Shown in pieces: positions 60,781 to 64,000 of a stretch of DNA of 64,000 bases; within the stretch, counting starts at the first letter, position 1; each line of letters begins with the position of its first letter. A program made the position numbers and the translations under genes. The notes beneath the pieces were generated by a model. It was not told where the DNA came from, did not search any database, and was given only the letters and a program-made list of their open reading frames with translations. Origin of the DNA: Orbicella franksi (Eukaryota); NCBI GenBank assembly GCA_964199315.1, contig OZ116706.1:30876001-30940000 (forward strand), written 5' to 3'.

Positions 60781-61572
60781 ATGGGTAATATTCTTTCTAG
60801 CGTCCCCAAAAGACCTCTTCTGACTGCAGCAGCATTAGACTTTGGCATTCAGTGGGGTCTCTGGGTTGTTGCGTCCATTTATCAAACAGAGAAATTCTAC
60901 GATTTGGCTGGATCGTCCACGGTCATCTTTCTCACTTTGCAATCACTTCGATGGCAGAGGAAGGTTAATTTGCGTCAACTTGTTCAGTCTGGCTGCGTTA
61001 CAGTGTGGGCACTTCGCTTAGGGTTGTTTCTTTTCCATCGGGTCATTCAAGACGGGAAGGACAACCGCTTTAACAAGGTCCGAGAGAATCCCCGACTGTT
61101 CTGGATCTACTGGACTGTACAAGGCGTCTGGGTATGGCTGACTCTACTGCCAACTCTGATATTGAACACCTCAACCAAAGATGAGAAGTTAACCTGGAAG
61201 GATTACCTGGGATGGTCACTTTGGTTAGTTGGGTTTATACTAGAGGTAACCGCCGACCGCCAGAAGTCGCAGTTCCGTGCAGATCCCGCTAACAAGGGCA
61301 AGTGGATTTCATCTGGGCTCTGGAGCATTTGTCAATATCCTAACTATCTTGGCGAGATTCTGATGTGGTCCAGCTTGTTCCTGCCAGCTTCTTCAGTGAT
61401 GTCTGGTCATCAGTACTGGAGTGTGGTCTCTCCCGTGTTTGTGGCTTATTTGCTGACTCGAGTGAGTGGTATTCCAATTTTGGAGAGGCAAGGATTAAAG
61501 AAATGGGGGCATCTCACAGAATACCAAAAGTATCGTCAAAACACTGCTGTACTGATCCCTTACTTCTGGTAG
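60781..61572 (+). CDS. DUF1295 / steroid 5-alpha-reductase-like multi-pass membrane protein, paralog B (intronless, 263 aa from gccATGG; 291 aa if ATG 60697 is used)
   Basis: Single ORF colinear with paralog A and carrying the same motifs. ATG 60781 has strong context and gives MGNILS. Confidence 0.9.
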   Translation: MGNILSSVPKRPLLTAAALDFGIQWGLWVVASIYQTEKFYDLAGSSTVIFLTLQSLRWQRKVNLRQLVQSGCVTVWALRLGLFLFHRVIQDGKDNRFNKVRENPRLFWIYWTVQGVWVWLTLLPTLILNTSTKDEKLTWKDYLGWSLWLVGFILEVTADRQKSQFRADPANKGKWISSGLWSICQYPNYLGEILMWSSLFLPASSVMSGHQYWSVVSPVFVAYLLTRVSGIPILERQGLKKWGHLTEYQKYRQNTAVLIPYFW

Positions 61573-61693
61573 ATTACTAGTGCACTTTGTAACCTGTCTT
61601 GTTAGGAATTTAATTTAAATGGGCTATATCACAATGTAGTTAGCCCGTTTCCAAGTTTGATTCAGTTGTAAGACGATATTTATATGACACACT

Positions 61694-61784
61694 CAGTGGC
61701 AGATCTAGAGGAGGGCCCAGGGCCATCCCCCTCCCCCCCCCCCCCCCACCTTCCTGCTTAGCTCAAGGTCTGGATCTGCCACTG
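61694..61784. mobile_element. Minimal MITE
   Basis: CAGTGGCAGATCTAG ... CTGGATCTGCCACTG around a C-run. Confidence 0.65.
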
Positions 61785-62472
61785 GCACTGTATGGTTGTA
61801 AGGCTCTACATTAAAATGACTTGATATTCTGTGCGAGGCTGAATAGATGGTTTGTAACCAGTCCCAAGAGATTCAAATGACAAGGGCCTGGTGGCCATGT
61901 TGGATGACACCAGCAAAACCTTTTGCTGAAGTCATCCAATATGGCAACAAATTACATCATGCAAAAACCAAGAATAGATAGATGCAGACATAACAATAAA
62001 AAAAACTGAAAGCCCTTGAAACCTTAGCTTGCTTACACAGATGCCTCTGATCATTCAATGATCATTTCAAGGTGCCAAAGCACCGGCATAATGTAGAGGT
62101 GGTTTCAGAAATACTCAGACAGAAGGGTTTGGGGGGGAGGGGTATCTGAAGTCATTATGAGCCTTTTCTTGCTTGAAGGAGAGACTACATGGAGGAGGGG
62201 CTTATATATACACATACACACTCAACATTTGGATGCATGCAATTAAAATTCTGACATTTGCCAAAAGGTAAACTGTTATCTAGAAACCTTTAATAATACA
62301 TTTGTTGTTATACATCCAGAACTGAACTCATTTCCAGCAATCCAGACACAACAGAGACTGGAGATAAGGTGGCAAATTGACAGTCAGTGTCATGAAGGGA
62401 AATTTAACATCACAAAAAAATTTTTACAATCACATTTCCAGTGATCCTTCACTTCTCTTTGGCAGAAAAAAT

Positions 62473-63180
62473 TCAAGATGCTCCTGATGTTATGAGTTTC
62501 TCCATTGCCTGGAGAACTCCATCACCACTCATGTTGTTAAGCTGCACAGAATTTTCTTTTCCATGATCTAAAAAAATATGAAAAAGTTATCATAATTTAA
62601 TCTCTCAAGCCAAACATCGCACCTGTCACAGTATGAATGAAACAGCCCAATTCAGTGTAAAAAAGTCAACTCAGTCTCAACCCAGGATTAAACACGAGAG
62701 ACTAAGTTTGACCATGTTCCCAAGCACCAAGAGAGTTGAAAATACAACATATAGCAGGGTATTTTTGACGAGCTTCAAGGTGTTTGAAAATGTGGTCACT
62801 TCACACTGTTTTGAGTATTTGATCCATATGTATATCTCAGTCAAAACTAAAACTTAGGAAGTATTGTAACACTGTTACTGTCACAATTTCCATTGTTCAA
62901 ACTTTATTATAATTTAATGAATTATATCGAGTGACTTTCAAAACCACATGAGCTGAGAGGATAATTGTTCAACAGTGGCTGAATGGTTTGTGATATTAAT
63001 AGGGTCAAACAGCCACAGAATTTTGCTCTGACACTTGTTTAAGTCCATTTTTAAATTACAGTGAAGTTCTTACCATATCGTGCATACATCTTTGGTTGAA
63101 TTCCACTACATTCTCGAACCAGGATGGGAATTTGGGGATTCTCTTTCTTAATACCAATGTAGTGTTTCTCCAAAAAGTCC
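62473..63180 (-). CDS. NDUFA2: NADH dehydrogenase [ubiquinone] 1 alpha subcomplex subunit 2, exons 2-3 (exon 1 not found in the window, presumably beyond 64000)
   Basis: Exon 63074-63180 encodes [35 protein letters not shown]. Exon 62473-62567 encodes (D)[30 protein letters not shown]. Both are GT-AG and phase-compatible and match recalled NDUFA2 ([35 protein letters not shown]). Confidence 0.93.
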
Positions 63181-64000
63181 CTAAGACAAAAGCAACAACA
63201 CCGTGACATCTTTAGACACCCAGTGGATATTATGGACAGTGGTTTTGATCTGTGCCTGCTGCACACCCATGTATTTTCTCCTTACTTTTCCCACCTAATT
63301 AAGACCTTCCATTAATATAGACACTTTCCAAATGAGTTTTTGTTGCATGCTGCATGACACAAGTGAAAATTAAGAATGTAAAAGTTTAGGAAACCCAATC
63401 CATCAACAATGGTTTCTATACACACATTCTAATTCTCTTACCCATATTTAAGTGTTTGTGTCAGCCTAAAATGAAAACAAAAGAGGGCGGTTTTCTACTT
63501 TCGGTGTTAATTAAATCCAACAAATCTGCCATTAGTTGTGATACATCACACCTGTGTATGCAGAACAACTGCACCAAACTGCCTTGTTAAATAAAGTATG
63601 TATGTGTTTGCCTTATAGTTCAAAATTTTCATCAACAAGACTGCTTCTATTTGTAACCTTACGTAGTTTCAAGATGTTTTGAAATAAATAAGCTTAAATA
63701 AAAGATGTTTACAGCTACCGGTAATTAATCAAAACTAATCTTTGATGTGCATACAACCCAATAAAAATTATCGGTGATGTTGACTTTCTGTAACAGTCTC
63801 CAATCTCTGTTGCTGCAGTGTTAGTTATAGTTGCATTAATGTGCTAAGGATCAAATGAAAAAGGTTAAAGCTTAGTTAAGCTTGCATAAGCTTCAATATA
63901 AGCTTAGATCAGCTATGCCTGATGTCTGGTTTTACAGTTATAGGGCACAAAAATACGGTAACTGGCGATTGAAGCATGGAGTACTAGCATCATAACTAAG

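Noticed and set aside
59615-61572. Bacterial contamination or recent horizontal transfer of the intronless DUF1295 genes
   Set aside because: They are contiguous with host SINE/MITE copies and intron-containing genes and have eukaryotic start contexts. Nothing in the sequence requires HGT, and a phylogeny would be needed to claim it.
59591-61580. Overlapping short ORFs 59591-59794, 59607-59822, 59968-60153 and 61365-61580
   Set aside because: Alternative-frame or antisense shadows of the DUF1295 genes. The similarity between 59607 and 61365 only reflects the duplicated tract.

Overview
Eukaryotic, intron-rich, AT-rich animal genomic DNA. The repeat families and gene style suggest a scleractinian coral or other anthozoan (inference). 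It contains no prokaryotic features and no CRISPR array. I spliced the genes by hand using GT-AG sites and exon phase. Gene order: (1) CLHC1-like clathrin-heavy-chain-linker gene, minus strand, 19 core exons mapped between 16511 and 3812, with the C-terminal exons unresolved; (2) head-to-head with it, a complete phosphorylase kinase alpha gene (PHKA, plus strand, 36 exons, about 1193 aa, ending in the CaaX box CVVA); (3) nested antisense in PHKA intron 12, a two-exon 104-aa homeodomain-only gene that the ORF track shows only in part; (4) STARD10-like START-domain gene (plus strand, 6 exons, 270 aa); (5) an inverted head-to-head pair of intronless DUF1295 / steroid-5-alpha-reductase-like paralogs whose 3' ends are about 97% identical against about 81% in a sampled 5' segment; (6) the last two exons of NDUFA2 (minus strand). 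The nested homeobox gene has the PRD-class intron at codons 46/47 but lacks the DNA-contacting residues R5, R31 and N51 (helix 3 reads WFQARR), so it is HOPX-like, and it is the most notable finding. Introns carry tRNA-derived SINEs, a tRNA-head foldback element, TTAA-flanked and nested MITEs, a 2.47-kb TIR element with a 122-bp tandem array, a LINE 3' remnant and one 227-nt N gap. Family assignments rest on recalled reference sequences, not database searches.
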